Notes under the pieces: model-generated | The model's input: the letters and a program-made list of their open reading frames with translations, nothing else | Told to the model about the DNA's origin: nothing | Databases searched by the model: none | Translations under genes and position numbers: made by a program | Virus record (IMG/VR): IMGVR_UViG_3300033997_000478 | Coordinates: 260,429 to 324,428 of that record | Direction: 5' to 3' (one strand) | DNA: 64,000 nt | In this document: piece after piece, positions 17,920 through 27,695 of the stretch | Position numbering within the stretch: position 1 is the stretch's first letter | How the letters are laid out: the number at the start of each line of letters is the position of its first letter

Positions 17920-19251
17920 TTACATGATCTGCTTGACTTCAGAGGCGTTGTGCGTAGCGATACGACGATCGCCTTGCTCGCCTGCGAAGTAGGACTGGTC
18001 GTTCACATTGAAGAGCACCACATCCTTAACACCGACGTATTGCACTTCACGCACGCGTTCCCAGCGCAGCTCACCGCGGTCGTTGACGAAGACTTCCTCA
18101 CCATACATCTGCGGGCCGAACATGCTACACGAACCATCGCGCATGGTCATCGGCGTCGAGTTGGAAGCAACGATGCTGATGCCCGATTCGGTGACGATAC
18201 GGAAGCACGGTTGCGGCATGACCTTGTTGGCACGGACCTGACGCAGCGTCATGATGTCCGGATTGTAGGCCGAGCCATCAATCCAGTCGCCGATGGCGAT
18301 CTCATGAGCCTGACGCTCAGTATCCATCCACATGTCAGTGGCCACACAACCACCACCGCCACCACCGCCTCCGCCACCACCCGAACCGCCGCCGGTGTTA
18401 CCACCTTCGGGGACGATGATGTCCAGGTCGTTGAAGCTGTTGGTGAGGTTGTAGTAGAAGCGGAACTGGTTAACGACGTTACCGTTGCGCTTGATCGTGA
18501 CCAAGAACCAGCCGCGATTGAAAACTCGCAGCACCGAGTTGGGATCTCGGTAAGCGTAGTTGTTGGCCTGCGTGGTCATGTCCAACAGCAGCAGCAGCTC
18601 ACGGTTCTGGTTCAACGGCATGTCCACACCTTCACCGGTGATGACAACGGTGGAGTTGTTGAACGCACCGGGCACGCCCGGCTGCCATTGCCACGTGTTG
18701 GGATTGGCCGGCATCGGAATCCACCAACGACCACGGTCCAGACTTTGCAGCTGGTAGGAGATCGTGTAGGTGTCGCCGAAATCAGGGCGCGGACTCTGCG
18801 CCCAGTTGCCATTGCTGATCACACGACCATCCGGATACAAGTAGCCGATCTGACCTTGGCCAGCTCGAACCACCAGTGCTCGGTAGTTGCGCGTCATCTG
18901 CCAGATGTCCCACGTCCCGTCACGACGGAACGTCAGCCTCAGCTGGTTGGTGTTGTGCGCCACGTGCCAGATCACCGAAGGGCAATCGGACATGGGCATG
19001 TCCATGTAGCCGATGTCACCCATCGGATTGGTGTAGCCCACCGAACCACGTGCTGCCCAGTAGTTGGACACGTCCGGACCATCGGGGTGGTAGAACCCGG
19101 CGTCCTGGGCTCGAGAGCCCAGGCTGATCGGTGCATAGCGCAGCGGGTTACCGGCCACGTCGTAGTAACCGGGAATCACTACACCGCCGGAGTCAGGTTC
19201 GAACAGGTCATTGAAGCTGGGACCGTTGGGAGCGAAGAATTGGTCACCCAT
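17920..19251 (-). CDS. Fibre-associated adhesin-like protein with poly-Gly linker and C-terminal Hint domain
   Basis: 443 aa from ATG 19251 (GAGGAG RBS). N-terminal FNDLFEP...LRYA...GS...G.DVSN.WAA docking-type motif. Gly x11 then C (codon 18346-18348) starts a 134-aa Hint fold ending ATHN (17947). Confidence 0.8.
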   Translation of the reverse strand: MGDQFFAPNGPSFNDLFEPDSGGVVIPGYYDVAGNPLRYAPISLGSRAQDAGFYHPDGPDVSNYWAARGSVGYTNPMGDIGYMDMPMSDCPSVIWHVAHNTNQLRLTFRRDGTWDIWQMTRNYRALVVRAGQGQIGYLYPDGRVISNGNWAQSPRPDFGDTYTISYQLQSLDRGRWWIPMPANPNTWQWQPGVPGAFNNSTVVITGEGVDMPLNQNRELLLLLDMTTQANNYAYRDPNSVLRVFNRGWFLVTIKRNGNVVNQFRFYYNLTNSFNDLDIIVPEGGNTGGGSGGGGGGGGGGGCVATDMWMDTERQAHEIAIGDWIDGSAYNPDIMTLRQVRANKVMPQPCFRIVTESGISIVASNSTPMTMRDGSCSMFGPQMYGEEVFVNDRGELRWERVREVQYVGVKDVVLFNVNDQSYFAGEQGDRRIATHNASEVKQIM

Positions 19252-19261
19252 GGTGTTCTCC

Positions 19262-21361
19262 TCACTTACCCAGGCGGGCCAGAACCTGCGCGAGCTGCGA
19301 CTCCAGATTGGCGATACGCAGTTCCTGCGACTGCACGACAGTGCGCAGCAGGGCGACCTCTTCCAGTGCTTGGTCAGCCGCTTCACCGGCAGCGAATGCC
19401 GATTCCATGGCCAGACCAGCGGTGTTGATCGCCAGACGCTTGGTCTTCTTGCCCGGCTCGGTGAACTCGCTGACGTAATCGGCAGCCACCTCGTTGAGCT
19501 CCTGCGCAATCACGCCGCGCTGATGCTCATCGTTGCGCTTGAGGTTCCACTGCTTCCACTTCAGCAGGCGCCACAGGGCACGCGCTTGAGCCGACTTGAT
19601 GTTCTTCTTCAGTCGACGATCGGATGGCTGGAAACCACCGCCGGCGTAGATACGACCGTTGGAGGCAGTGAAGTTACCGTCGTTGCCGAAGGTGAACCAC
19701 TTGTAGTTGTTGGACGGACCGGTACGCAGGCCCAGACCATTGCCACCGTCGTACAGGTAGTAAGCCCAGCCGCCGAGGGTGATCGAGTTCACGCGCGCAT
19801 CGGAGTTGATCACGATGCGGTTGTTGATCTGGTTCTGCAGCGGGTTGATGGCAATCACCTGCACCAGCTGCCGACCGCGCATCGGAGTCAGATAACGGTC
19901 GTTGGCGTTACCACCTTCCGCTTCACCTTGAGTGGCGATCGGATAGTTCTCCACCGAACCCAGACCGACCTGTGCTTTGGTCGTAGCGTGCGGGTTGCTG
20001 CTGTTGTTCATGTGGTTGGTCAGTGCCGCACCAATGCCGTTGGTGATCTGCTGCGCAGTGCGCAGCGGCGTCATGAACGTGGCGTTGTCAGTCGCACCCT
20101 GCGCCTGAGCCTGGGTGGCGGTCGGGTAATTGTCAACATTACCCAAGCCGACCTGAGCCTTGGTCACCTGGTGGGGGTTGCTGATGTTGGCGATGTGGGC
20201 CTGCAGAGCATTGCCCGCCACTGCATCAATCAGGGACCGACCACCTTGCGGAGTCAGGAACAGGTTGTTGGCCGTACCGGCCGTGGCTTCAGGAACCGTA
20301 GCGGTCTTGAAGTTGTCCACGTTACCCAAACCGACTTGCGCCTTGGTGGTGGCGTGCGGGTTGTTGGTATTGCCGATGTGCGCGTTGAGCGGATTGACCG
20401 CTTGGGCGGTGATTGCCGCTGCGGTCAGCACGGCCGACATGTAACCATCGCCCGTGCCCTGCTGGGCTTGGGTGGTGGTGGCCATCGGGTTGTTCACCAC
20501 GCTACCCAGACCCACCTGTGCCTTGGTGACACCGTGGGGGTTGTTGGTGTTGTTGATGTGCGCAGTCAGGGCGTTGCCCACCAATACCTGGATCTGCTGA
20601 CGACCGCGCAGCGGGGTCATGTACAGGTTGTTGGCGTTGCCGTCTTCGGCTTCGGCCTGCGTGGCAATGCGGTAGTTCTCGACCAGACCCAAACCGACCT
20701 GGGCCTTGGTGACCGCATGCGGGTTGTTCTTGTCGTTGATGTGCTCTTGGAAGTTGGCCTGCAGCTGATTGATCAGCGCACGCAGCACGGCATCTTGAAG
20801 ATCCACGTACTGACGCATCTCATCAAACGCTGCCTGGTCACCCAGCAGAATCGCACGACGCACCTGCTCGACAGCGGCCACGAGGTATTCGAAACCGAAC
20901 ACGTCGCCGATGTCGTGCAAGTGGGCGGCCGGCGGGAAGTACTCCGGCACATCGATCAGGTCACCCCAGTGAACCTTGCGGTTGTCCAGGTCCAGACCGT
21001 CCAGCAGCTGCTGGATGACGGTAGCCGACAGGCTGTAGACGTCACCCACCGCGTGGTAGGAGAACTTCAGGTCCAGACCACCACGGTAGGTATCGGGAAT
21101 GAAGATGACCGAGCAGACTTCCTGGCCAGATTGCAGCGAGGGCTTGGGCACCATGTGCACCGGCTTGTAGTCCACGTCCGGAACCAGTTCACGGCCAGAC
21201 GTAGCATCCACCAGTACCATGTTGCGGGTGTAGAAGGCACCGCGCGAGGGGACGAACGCGCGGTTGCCGGCGGCTGCGATACGTACCGGTTCGTCCCCGA
21301 CGAAATTCGTCGGGGCTTCACCAGTCAGATCGAGCGGGAGTTGAAGAACGGGGGGATTCAT
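19262..21361 (-). CDS. Tail fibre (phiKZ gp145-like) with five ~61-aa repeats and S74 chaperone
   Basis: 699 aa. N-terminal LDLTGEAPTNFVGDE. Five NPHxxTKAQVGLGxVxN repeats. S-DRRLK and GVIAQEL at the C-terminus. Confidence 0.8.
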   Translation of the reverse strand: MNPPVLQLPLDLTGEAPTNFVGDEPVRIAAAGNRAFVPSRGAFYTRNMVLVDATSGRELVPDVDYKPVHMVPKPSLQSGQEVCSVIFIPDTYRGGLDLKFSYHAVGDVYSLSATVIQQLLDGLDLDNRKVHWGDLIDVPEYFPPAAHLHDIGDVFGFEYLVAAVEQVRRAILLGDQAAFDEMRQYVDLQDAVLRALINQLQANFQEHINDKNNPHAVTKAQVGLGLVENYRIATQAEAEDGNANNLYMTPLRGRQQIQVLVGNALTAHINNTNNPHGVTKAQVGLGSVVNNPMATTTQAQQGTGDGYMSAVLTAAAITAQAVNPLNAHIGNTNNPHATTKAQVGLGNVDNFKTATVPEATAGTANNLFLTPQGGRSLIDAVAGNALQAHIANISNPHQVTKAQVGLGNVDNYPTATQAQAQGATDNATFMTPLRTAQQITNGIGAALTNHMNNSSNPHATTKAQVGLGSVENYPIATQGEAEGGNANDRYLTPMRGRQLVQVIAINPLQNQINNRIVINSDARVNSITLGGWAYYLYDGGNGLGLRTGPSNNYKWFTFGNDGNFTASNGRIYAGGGFQPSDRRLKKNIKSAQARALWRLLKWKQWNLKRNDEHQRGVIAQELNEVAADYVSEFTEPGKKTKRLAINTAGLAMESAFAAGEAADQALEEVALLRTVVQSQELRIANLESQLAQVLARLGK

Positions 21362-21394
21362 GGCCCGTAGTGCTCCTGTTGCTGTCTGAATTGA

Positions 21395-24300
21395 TTACGG
21401 AGTCATGAACGTCGTATTGCTGCGAGTGTAGGCTTCCACCAACACCGGACGCAGACGCGCGTTGCGCTGCGACTGATAGAGGATGCCGTTGTAATCGCTG
21501 AAATACAGCCGTCCCGGACGTGCCGCGGGATGGTTGATACCCAGATAGGCGTATTCCCACGCCGTGCCGTTGTAGGTGTAGTAGCGCTGCTTGTCCTTGT
21601 CGCCGGTGGCGCCGATACGGATGTAATCCTTGTACTGGCGCGGACGGGAGACGACCTTGAACGAGACGTTGGGCTGACGCAGGGAGATCAGACCCCACTG
21701 CGACGGCGCGTCCACGAACATCGACAGCGTCGGCGTGTCGGCCAGATCGATCACGATCTGTTCGGAAGCCACGTAGGCGGTGGCGCCGTACTGACTGGTA
21801 TCGATCGTCAGGATGTTGCCTGCGCGCTTGACGCGGATTCGGGTTGCGCCATTGGTGGACCAACCCTTACCGGCCTCGATGAAGTCAGCCGGCGGACGGG
21901 TGTCTTGCACCTGACCGTCGCCCCACTTGAGCAGGCCGTTCTTACCAGCGATCTTACGACCGTCGTTCTGCAGCGGGTTGAGAACCACCGAGAGCAGGGT
22001 GTAGACTTCGCCACCGGGCTGATCGCTGATCTTGTTCATGCCGCCGGGCGTGCGGATCACCGCCAGCGTGTACTGACGACCACCGGAGACGACCGAGGCT
22101 GCAATGACACCTGCGCCCTTGGCCGCATCGAAGTTGGAGGAAACATCCACTTCGAAGGTGTAGTTCAGCGAAGCTTCCGGGGACAGCAGTGCGCCAGTGT
22201 TGGGCACCGTGGTGGTCTCCAACTGAATGGCACCTGCGGTGTCGTCCCACACCCAGTCATCGAGGATCTGCTGATCGGCGTAGTAGTTCTGGTTACCCGC
22301 GGCCGAAGACGGCAGCCACTGCGGGTAATCGTCCTTGACCGAATTGGACAGACCACGAATGGTGAGTTCGTCAGCATCGGTGGTTGCCACCGGCACCTGC
22401 TCTACGAGCGAACCGACGATCTGGTTGCGGTTGGCCGAACCGGGGAAGTCACCGAAGTTGACATCGCCGAAGGTTGCACGCGGATTGGCGTACGGCGGCA
22501 GCACACGCGACAGGTAGACAATACCAGCCGGCTCAGCGTTGGTGACCGAATTGGTGTTGACGTAGAACTGATTGGACGCGTTCTGCGACAGGACCGTAGC
22601 GGTTGCCGCTTGGCGCGGGCCGTTGGTGCGCATGTACAGCGTCAGTTCCTTGCCATTGGTCACGTCGGTGTAGACGTAACCGAACACCACGTTGGCGTTG
22701 GACTCTTCCTCCATCAGCGTCACCGAGGAGCGGCCCATGGCGCGCGGACTCAGACGAATCAGGTAGGTGCTCGAAGCCAGGCGGGCGTAATCGTCGCCGC
22801 CGGTCACGTAAGCCACGATGTCCGGAACCGGATTGGCCAGCAGGTTGGACGGAATGACCGTCGAGCCCAACTTGGTCCAGCTGTTGCCAACCGAACTGGT
22901 GTTGGCCGGGTAGGTCACCATCGGAGCGAGGGCTTCCATCACCTGGGCGTAGGTCTGACCTGCGAACTTGGTCGAGTCAGCCGCCACACCGGTCTTGTCC
23001 AACTTCGCGTTCAGCTTGTTGTCGGTGGTGGCCTTGTCGTAGGCACCCACCTGCTCAGCGGTCACTTGGTGCGGGTTGTTGCGCGCGCCGGTGTGCTGGG
23101 TCAGGGAGACGCCGATCGTTGCATCGATCAGGGCCTTGCCGGTCAGCGGAGTCAGCCACACGTTGTTGAGCGTTCCGCCCTGCGCCTCGATCGAGGTGGC
23201 CGTCTTGAAGTTGTCGACGTTACCCAGACCCACCTGTTCCTTGTTGACCTGGTGGGGATTGTTCAGATCGGCCAAGTGAGCAGCCAGCTCCGGTCCGGAG
23301 CTGCCACCACCGTTGTTGGCGACATACAGCGCCACACCACGCGGGGTCATCAGCAGGTTGTTGGCCGTACCGGCCAGAGCCTGCATGTCATCGGCCGCCG
23401 CAAAGTTCGGGACGTTAGCCAGACCTACTTGGGCCTTGGTCGTACCATGCGGGTTGGACGAATCGTTGATGTGGTTGGTGATCGTCGGCTGGAACAGGGC
23501 AGCCACCATCTGGCGACCACGCAGCACAGTCAGCAGCTTGTTGTTGACGTTGCCTTCCTCGGCTTCAGCCTGCGTGGCCGGACCGAAGTTGGGCACCTGA
23601 TCCAAACCCACCTGGGCCTTGGTGGTGTTGTGCGGGTTGTTGGTGTCGTTGACGTGACTGGTGATCGGCGCCAAGGCGATCGCATCGATTGCGGCCTTGG
23701 TGGTCAGCGGGGTCATCACTACGTCGTCGGCAACACCCAACTGAGCAGCCACCGTATCGGCCTTGCCGAAGTTCTGCACATTGCCCAGGCCCACTTGGGC
23801 CTTGGTCACGGCATGGGGGTTGTTCTTGTTGTTGATGTGGGTGTTCAGCGGCGCCACAGCGAAGATGTCAACCAACTGCTTACCACGCAACACCGTCAGG
23901 AAACGGTTGGTGGCCGTGCCGGCTTCAGCTTCGGCCTGCGTCGCGGTGGGGTTGTTCTCAACGTTGCTCAGCCCCACCTGCGCCTTGGTGGTGTTGTGGG
24001 GATTGTTGCTATCGTTGATGTGCTGATCCATCCGATTGCCGTACAGCGCCTGCATCATCTGAGCGCCACGCAGGACGGTCAGGTAATGGGAGTTGCTGAC
24101 GCCGGCTTGCGCGGTGGCAATATCGGCGACCGGGTAGTTCTGCACGTTGCCCAAGCCGACCTGGCTCTTGGTGACTTGGTGCGGGTTGTTCTTGTCGTTG
24201 ATGTGATTGGTCAGGCCTTCCGAGCCCGAAGCCAAGATCGCATCACGAATGCCGTTCAGCGCCGCTTCCAGTTCCTTGGCACCGACCATGTCATCCAGAT

Positions 24301-24754
24301 GCCACTCGTGGTCGATGACCGGGAAGGCGATCGGCAGATTGACGATCTGTTCCCAGTTGACGCGACGCGGGTTGAGCAGCTTGTTGGACAGGATCTCCAG
24401 GATCTTCTCGGCACTGATCGTCCACACACCGCCCAGGGTCTGGTAGTTGTACTCGATCGCACCTTGCAGGGTCTGATCGTAGAACACGAACGAACCGTAG
24501 ATGCGATCTGCACACGCCAGCGAGGCGTCGTGGAAGTAGTGGCCCGGCGCCCAGTCCTGACCTTGGATCAGTTCTCGACGGGAGGGCAGCAGGTACATCT
24601 TCACCGAGTCAGCGAAGTACGGGGCCGCCGCCGGAAGAACGAAGTGGTACTGACCCAACTCAGGCGGTGCGATCGGCTGACGCTCGGCCGTGATCTTGTT
24701 GGTAGCGGCCTTACCCGTCGGGTCAAACGGGTAGGCAACTTGAGGGTTGCTCAT
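21395..24754 (-). CDS. Tail fibre/baseplate-associated protein (phiKZ gp146-like) with ~61-aa repeats
   Basis: 1119 aa. N-terminal YPFDPTG...N.I..E. Six full and one partial NPH...QVGL repeats. C-terminal beta-sandwich/lectin-like region. Confidence 0.8.
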   Translation of the reverse strand: MSNPQVAYPFDPTGKAATNKITAERQPIAPPELGQYHFVLPAAAPYFADSVKMYLLPSRRELIQGQDWAPGHYFHDASLACADRIYGSFVFYDQTLQGAIEYNYQTLGGVWTISAEKILEILSNKLLNPRRVNWEQIVNLPIAFPVIDHEWHLDDMVGAKELEAALNGIRDAILASGSEGLTNHINDKNNPHQVTKSQVGLGNVQNYPVADIATAQAGVSNSHYLTVLRGAQMMQALYGNRMDQHINDSNNPHNTTKAQVGLSNVENNPTATQAEAEAGTATNRFLTVLRGKQLVDIFAVAPLNTHINNKNNPHAVTKAQVGLGNVQNFGKADTVAAQLGVADDVVMTPLTTKAAIDAIALAPITSHVNDTNNPHNTTKAQVGLDQVPNFGPATQAEAEEGNVNNKLLTVLRGRQMVAALFQPTITNHINDSSNPHGTTKAQVGLANVPNFAAADDMQALAGTANNLLMTPRGVALYVANNGGGSSGPELAAHLADLNNPHQVNKEQVGLGNVDNFKTATSIEAQGGTLNNVWLTPLTGKALIDATIGVSLTQHTGARNNPHQVTAEQVGAYDKATTDNKLNAKLDKTGVAADSTKFAGQTYAQVMEALAPMVTYPANTSSVGNSWTKLGSTVIPSNLLANPVPDIVAYVTGGDDYARLASSTYLIRLSPRAMGRSSVTLMEEESNANVVFGYVYTDVTNGKELTLYMRTNGPRQAATATVLSQNASNQFYVNTNSVTNAEPAGIVYLSRVLPPYANPRATFGDVNFGDFPGSANRNQIVGSLVEQVPVATTDADELTIRGLSNSVKDDYPQWLPSSAAGNQNYYADQQILDDWVWDDTAGAIQLETTTVPNTGALLSPEASLNYTFEVDVSSNFDAAKGAGVIAASVVSGGRQYTLAVIRTPGGMNKISDQPGGEVYTLLSVVLNPLQNDGRKIAGKNGLLKWGDGQVQDTRPPADFIEAGKGWSTNGATRIRVKRAGNILTIDTSQYGATAYVASEQIVIDLADTPTLSMFVDAPSQWGLISLRQPNVSFKVVSRPRQYKDYIRIGATGDKDKQRYYTYNGTAWEYAYLGINHPAARPGRLYFSDYNGILYQSQRNARLRPVLVEAYTRSNTTFMTP

Positions 24755-24780
24755 TGTTGAAATTCTCCAGCGAGGACGCC

Positions 24781-24825
24781 ATCGTATGGCACGATGTTAA
24801 AATATACGTGTACCATAACATAGCT
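24781..24825. promoter_or_regulatory. Divergent AT-rich region with candidate TATG late-promoter motifs
   Basis: TATG on + at 24785. CATA (TATG on -) at 24814 and 24819. TATG is the reported phiKZ late-promoter consensus. Confidence 0.4.
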
Positions 24826-24882
24826 ATTTGGCCCCCACTGGTACGCGTTTAAAGACCCACATTTCTCAGGAGTTTCCATCCC

Positions 24883-26127
24883 ATGTCTTACACGCTTGTA
24901 GCGGCCAAAGCCCGCTCTCGTGGGCTCGATGCTGAGTGGGCCGAGGTCGACATTTCCGCAGTGACGATCAAGGTTCTGTTTGAGCGCTACGCCCGCATCT
25001 GGGTCACGCTCACGCACCCGACGCTGGTCAAGCCCGAGTACCTCGAGCTGAGCACCATGCGCGATGAGCTCTCCAGTCAGCACTACATGAACACCGTCCA
25101 GCAGTGGCTGGACACGCTGGGCAACCGAGCACTGCCCACCGAACCGGTGCTGCCCGAACTGAAGCTGCGACGCGTCCATTATCAGGATGCATGGCGCAGT
25201 GGCTACGACATCAAGCCGATCGATCGTTTCCGTGCTTCTGATGCCGAGCTTCCGGAAGGGGCCAAGAACGATCTACTGCTGTCCAAGGAAGGCATCGACT
25301 TCCGCAGTCAGTGGCGCTACTGCATGGTCACCGTCAACGGCTTCTTCCATCGCGTCGGTGGTCAGATCGAAGGTCTGGAAGTGATCGACGGTGCACGCTC
25401 GGGCCGCATCGCCAATGACAACGCCGTGGGTATCCATTCCTTCAAGGAAGTCGGCGCGTTGGAGTACATCCCGATCACCCCGCAGATGATCTACCGACTG
25501 GACAGTCGTCAGAAGTACGCTGACGCCATGCACATCCAACTGCCGGCCGGTTCGGAAGGCAAGACGGTTCTGCTGGTGATGGGCGGCTACCTGCATGTGC
25601 TCGATGACATGTACTCCCGTCCGAGTCCGAACAGCATCCGCATCAACACCAAGCTGCTGGCACTGCCCGAGCGCATCTTCGAGAGTCGCAAGTTCATCGA
25701 TCTGTCCAGCCTGCCGATGCAGTTGCTGGAAGGTGACAAGAACGTGTTGGGCGTGCAGGATCTGTACTCCGACGAAAACCTGGTGGCGTACATGTGCTTG
25801 CCGCAGTCCTATCTGGTCATGCTCAAGACCGAGGACTTCTTCTTGCGTCGTCATCCGGTGACCTCCTGCGGTCTGCCGGGTCGCTTCCTGGTGCCGGGTG
25901 AGAACAAGCGCTTCCCGCTGTTCGGCGGACTGGGTCGTTGCTACGATCACCGCGTGTTCAACGACTGGGGCACGCAGGTTCTGGCGACCAACGACAACTG
26001 GCGCTTCAACTACCTGTTCCGCACCACGCACTGGCGCGAGAACCAAACCATCGACGATTCGCTGGAAGGTAACAACCACAAACAGTTTGTGGACGCCTTC
26101 TATCTGGAAATGGGTCGTTTCCAATAA
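24883..26127 (+). CDS. Conserved phiKZ-like virion structural protein
   Basis: 414 aa with phage codon bias. CMVTVNGFFH and LLVMGGYLH motifs are recalled from phiKZ-like virion proteins. Confidence 0.55.
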   Translation: MSYTLVAAKARSRGLDAEWAEVDISAVTIKVLFERYARIWVTLTHPTLVKPEYLELSTMRDELSSQHYMNTVQQWLDTLGNRALPTEPVLPELKLRRVHYQDAWRSGYDIKPIDRFRASDAELPEGAKNDLLLSKEGIDFRSQWRYCMVTVNGFFHRVGGQIEGLEVIDGARSGRIANDNAVGIHSFKEVGALEYIPITPQMIYRLDSRQKYADAMHIQLPAGSEGKTVLLVMGGYLHVLDDMYSRPSPNSIRINTKLLALPERIFESRKFIDLSSLPMQLLEGDKNVLGVQDLYSDENLVAYMCLPQSYLVMLKTEDFFLRRHPVTSCGLPGRFLVPGENKRFPLFGGLGRCYDHRVFNDWGTQVLATNDNWRFNYLFRTTHWRENQTIDDSLEGNNHKQFVDAFYLEMGRFQ

Positions 26128-26131
26128 GCGG

Positions 26132-26168
26132 CATAAAGCAGGGGCCCTTCGGGGCCCCTGCACTTATG
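26132..26168. terminator. Bidirectional hairpin at convergent junction
   Basis: cataaa GCAGGGGCCC ttcg GGGCCCCTGC ac ttatg (stem slightly offset by the loop); the GNAT stop codon lies within the TTATG. Confidence 0.75.
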
Positions 26169-26646
26169 CCGGCATGACGGCGAACGGTACGCGACTCATG
26201 AACAGACGGGTGGTGAGCTCGCCCACCACCTTGAACCCCAGCGACGTGTAGAGCTTGATGGCAGCGGCGTTGCCCGGCATGACGTAAAGCGTCTGCAAAT
26301 TGTGGTGCTGGATGTATTGCGTTGCCAGACCCAGGCCGCGGTAAGTCGGGGCGATGAAGATCTGCCCCAAATGCAGTCGGTTGGCATCATAGCGAGCATA
26401 CCCCACCAACTCGTCGAACAGATAGATGCCCTCTACCTTCAGGTTGTACACCATGGAGCGATGCAGACGCAGTACATCCTTGTCGACATCGGTGTTGTCA
26501 ACCAGATTCCGGCAAAGGAACGGACTCAGATCCTCCCAACTGATCGGTCGATACTCGGGAGCCTTCTGAAGCTGTAGCTTGCGAGTGAGGTACTTAGCAT
26601 CCGGCTTCGGTGGGTCGATTTTACCAAAACGATAGTAGTGGTCCAT
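26164..26646 (-). CDS. GNAT-family acetyltransferase
   Basis: LGQIFIAPTYRGLGLAT (acetyl-CoA motif A) and N.AAIKLYTSLGF (motif B). Confidence 0.85.
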   Translation of the reverse strand: MDHYYRFGKIDPPKPDAKYLTRKLQLQKAPEYRPISWEDLSPFLCRNLVDNTDVDKDVLRLHRSMVYNLKVEGIYLFDELVGYARYDANRLHLGQIFIAPTYRGLGLATQYIQHHNLQTLYVMPGNAAAIKLYTSLGFKVVGELTTRLFMSRVPFAVMPA

Positions 26647-27695
26647 TAAATTGATCCGGTAGGGCCCTTGATCGTGGCCGACGACTCGATGCCGTTGGCA
26701 GTGATCTTCTGTTGGAAAGTGACCGGACCAGCCCAGGTGGCTTGGTTGCCGGAGGTGTTGGACATGTTGCCGTTCAGACCGAAGTTGCCCTTCAGGTTGA
26801 AGTTGCCTTCCCAGTTGGTCGTGCCGACCTTGACGTTGGCCACAGCTGCTTCCAGATTCAACGTGGCCAGCTGCATCGTCAGTGTTTCAGTGGCCAGATT
26901 GATGGTGTCATCAGCAGCCAGATCGATCTTCTGTGCCTTCAGGTAAAGCTGAAGGGTTTCAAAGGTCATGGTCTTGCCCGCTTCCATCGAGATGGTTTCC
27001 GGGGCATAGACGTAGAAGCTCTTCTGTGCTGCTTGGAACAGCGTGCCGTCGCCGTTCTGCATCGAGATGGCCTTCAGAACCGACTCGAGCTGGATGAAGT
27101 TGCCGTGGCTGTCCTTGATCAGGAACACGCCGTCCTTGGTGTTGAGCTGGAAGCGATACCGGGACAGTTCCTTGTTGGCATCGGTGGTGTTGATCTCGAT
27201 CATACCCAAGTGGGTGCTGACGTAGATCGTGTACCAGTTGTTGGGGTCGTCCATGTCCGCATTCTCATCAACCGTAGCCGAGAAGCGGAAGCGCACGGTT
27301 TCACCCCGGCGCAGGTGGTCATCCCAGCCCAGCTCCTTCCAGTAGAACTGGTCGGTGTCGGCGTAGCGGAAGATCAGCACGCGCTCACCACGACGTACGT
27401 CCGGGGCAGTATCGCGATTGCTACCGTAGGGTAGCCACATGCAATTCAGGGCGGTGTCGAGCACGACCTTGGTGCTGTACTCGGTGCCATTGGCACGCAC
27501 ACCCGTGACCGTGGAGTCAAACGGCAGGGAGATCACCTCACCGTCGAGCAGGTTCAGTACCTCAGTGGGTACCACCTGAAGCTCCATGGACTCCAGTTCC
27601 TTGTTGGATGCAGCTACGCCCATGGAGTACAGGCGCAGCTTGGAAATCTCCGGATCGTCCGGAATCTCCAGCGGGGCAGATTGATGATCAGACAT
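26646..27695 (-). CDS. Putative baseplate central spike (gp5/VgrG-like; phiKZ gp164-like by synteny)
   Basis: 349 aa. N-terminal OB-like part (APDVRRGERVLIFRYADTDQFYW) and a C-terminal beta-helix-like periodic region. Divergent from the SbcC gene. Confidence 0.6.
   Translation of the reverse strand: MSDHQSAPLEIPDDPEISKLRLYSMGVAASNKELESMELQVVPTEVLNLLDGEVISLPFDSTVTGVRANGTEYSTKVVLDTALNCMWLPYGSNRDTAPDVRRGERVLIFRYADTDQFYWKELGWDDHLRRGETVRFRFSATVDENADMDDPNNWYTIYVSTHLGMIEINTTDANKELSRYRFQLNTKDGVFLIKDSHGNFIQLESVLKAISMQNGDGTLFQAAQKSFYVYAPETISMEAGKTMTFETLQLYLKAQKIDLAADDTINLATETLTMQLATLNLEAAVANVKVGTTNWEGNFNLKGNFGLNGNMSNTSGNQATWAGPVTFQQKITANGIESSATIKGPTGSI

Noticed and set aside
17920-18348. Canonical splicing intein
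   Set aside because: The +1 residue after Asn is Ala, the C-extein would be only 8 aa, and there is no endonuclease. It is treated as a cleavage-type Hint domain instead.
19252-19509. 86-aa N-terminal extension of ORF 17920..19509
   Set aside because: It overlaps the upstream fibre gene in another frame. ATG 19251 has a GAGGAG RBS.
4245-24754. Invertible tail-fibre (Gin/Cin-type) switch between the oppositely oriented fibre clusters
   Set aside because: No invertase gene or flanking inverted recombination sites were seen, and each fibre is a complete gene.
21530-24760. Very long antisense ORFs (also 19211..21370, 2874..4118, 54519..56945, 31985..33826, 36850..38529, 39449..41107)
   Set aside because: They are shadows of high-GC3 coding on the opposite strand. 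The translations are compositionally non-protein-like and the real genes have clear motifs.
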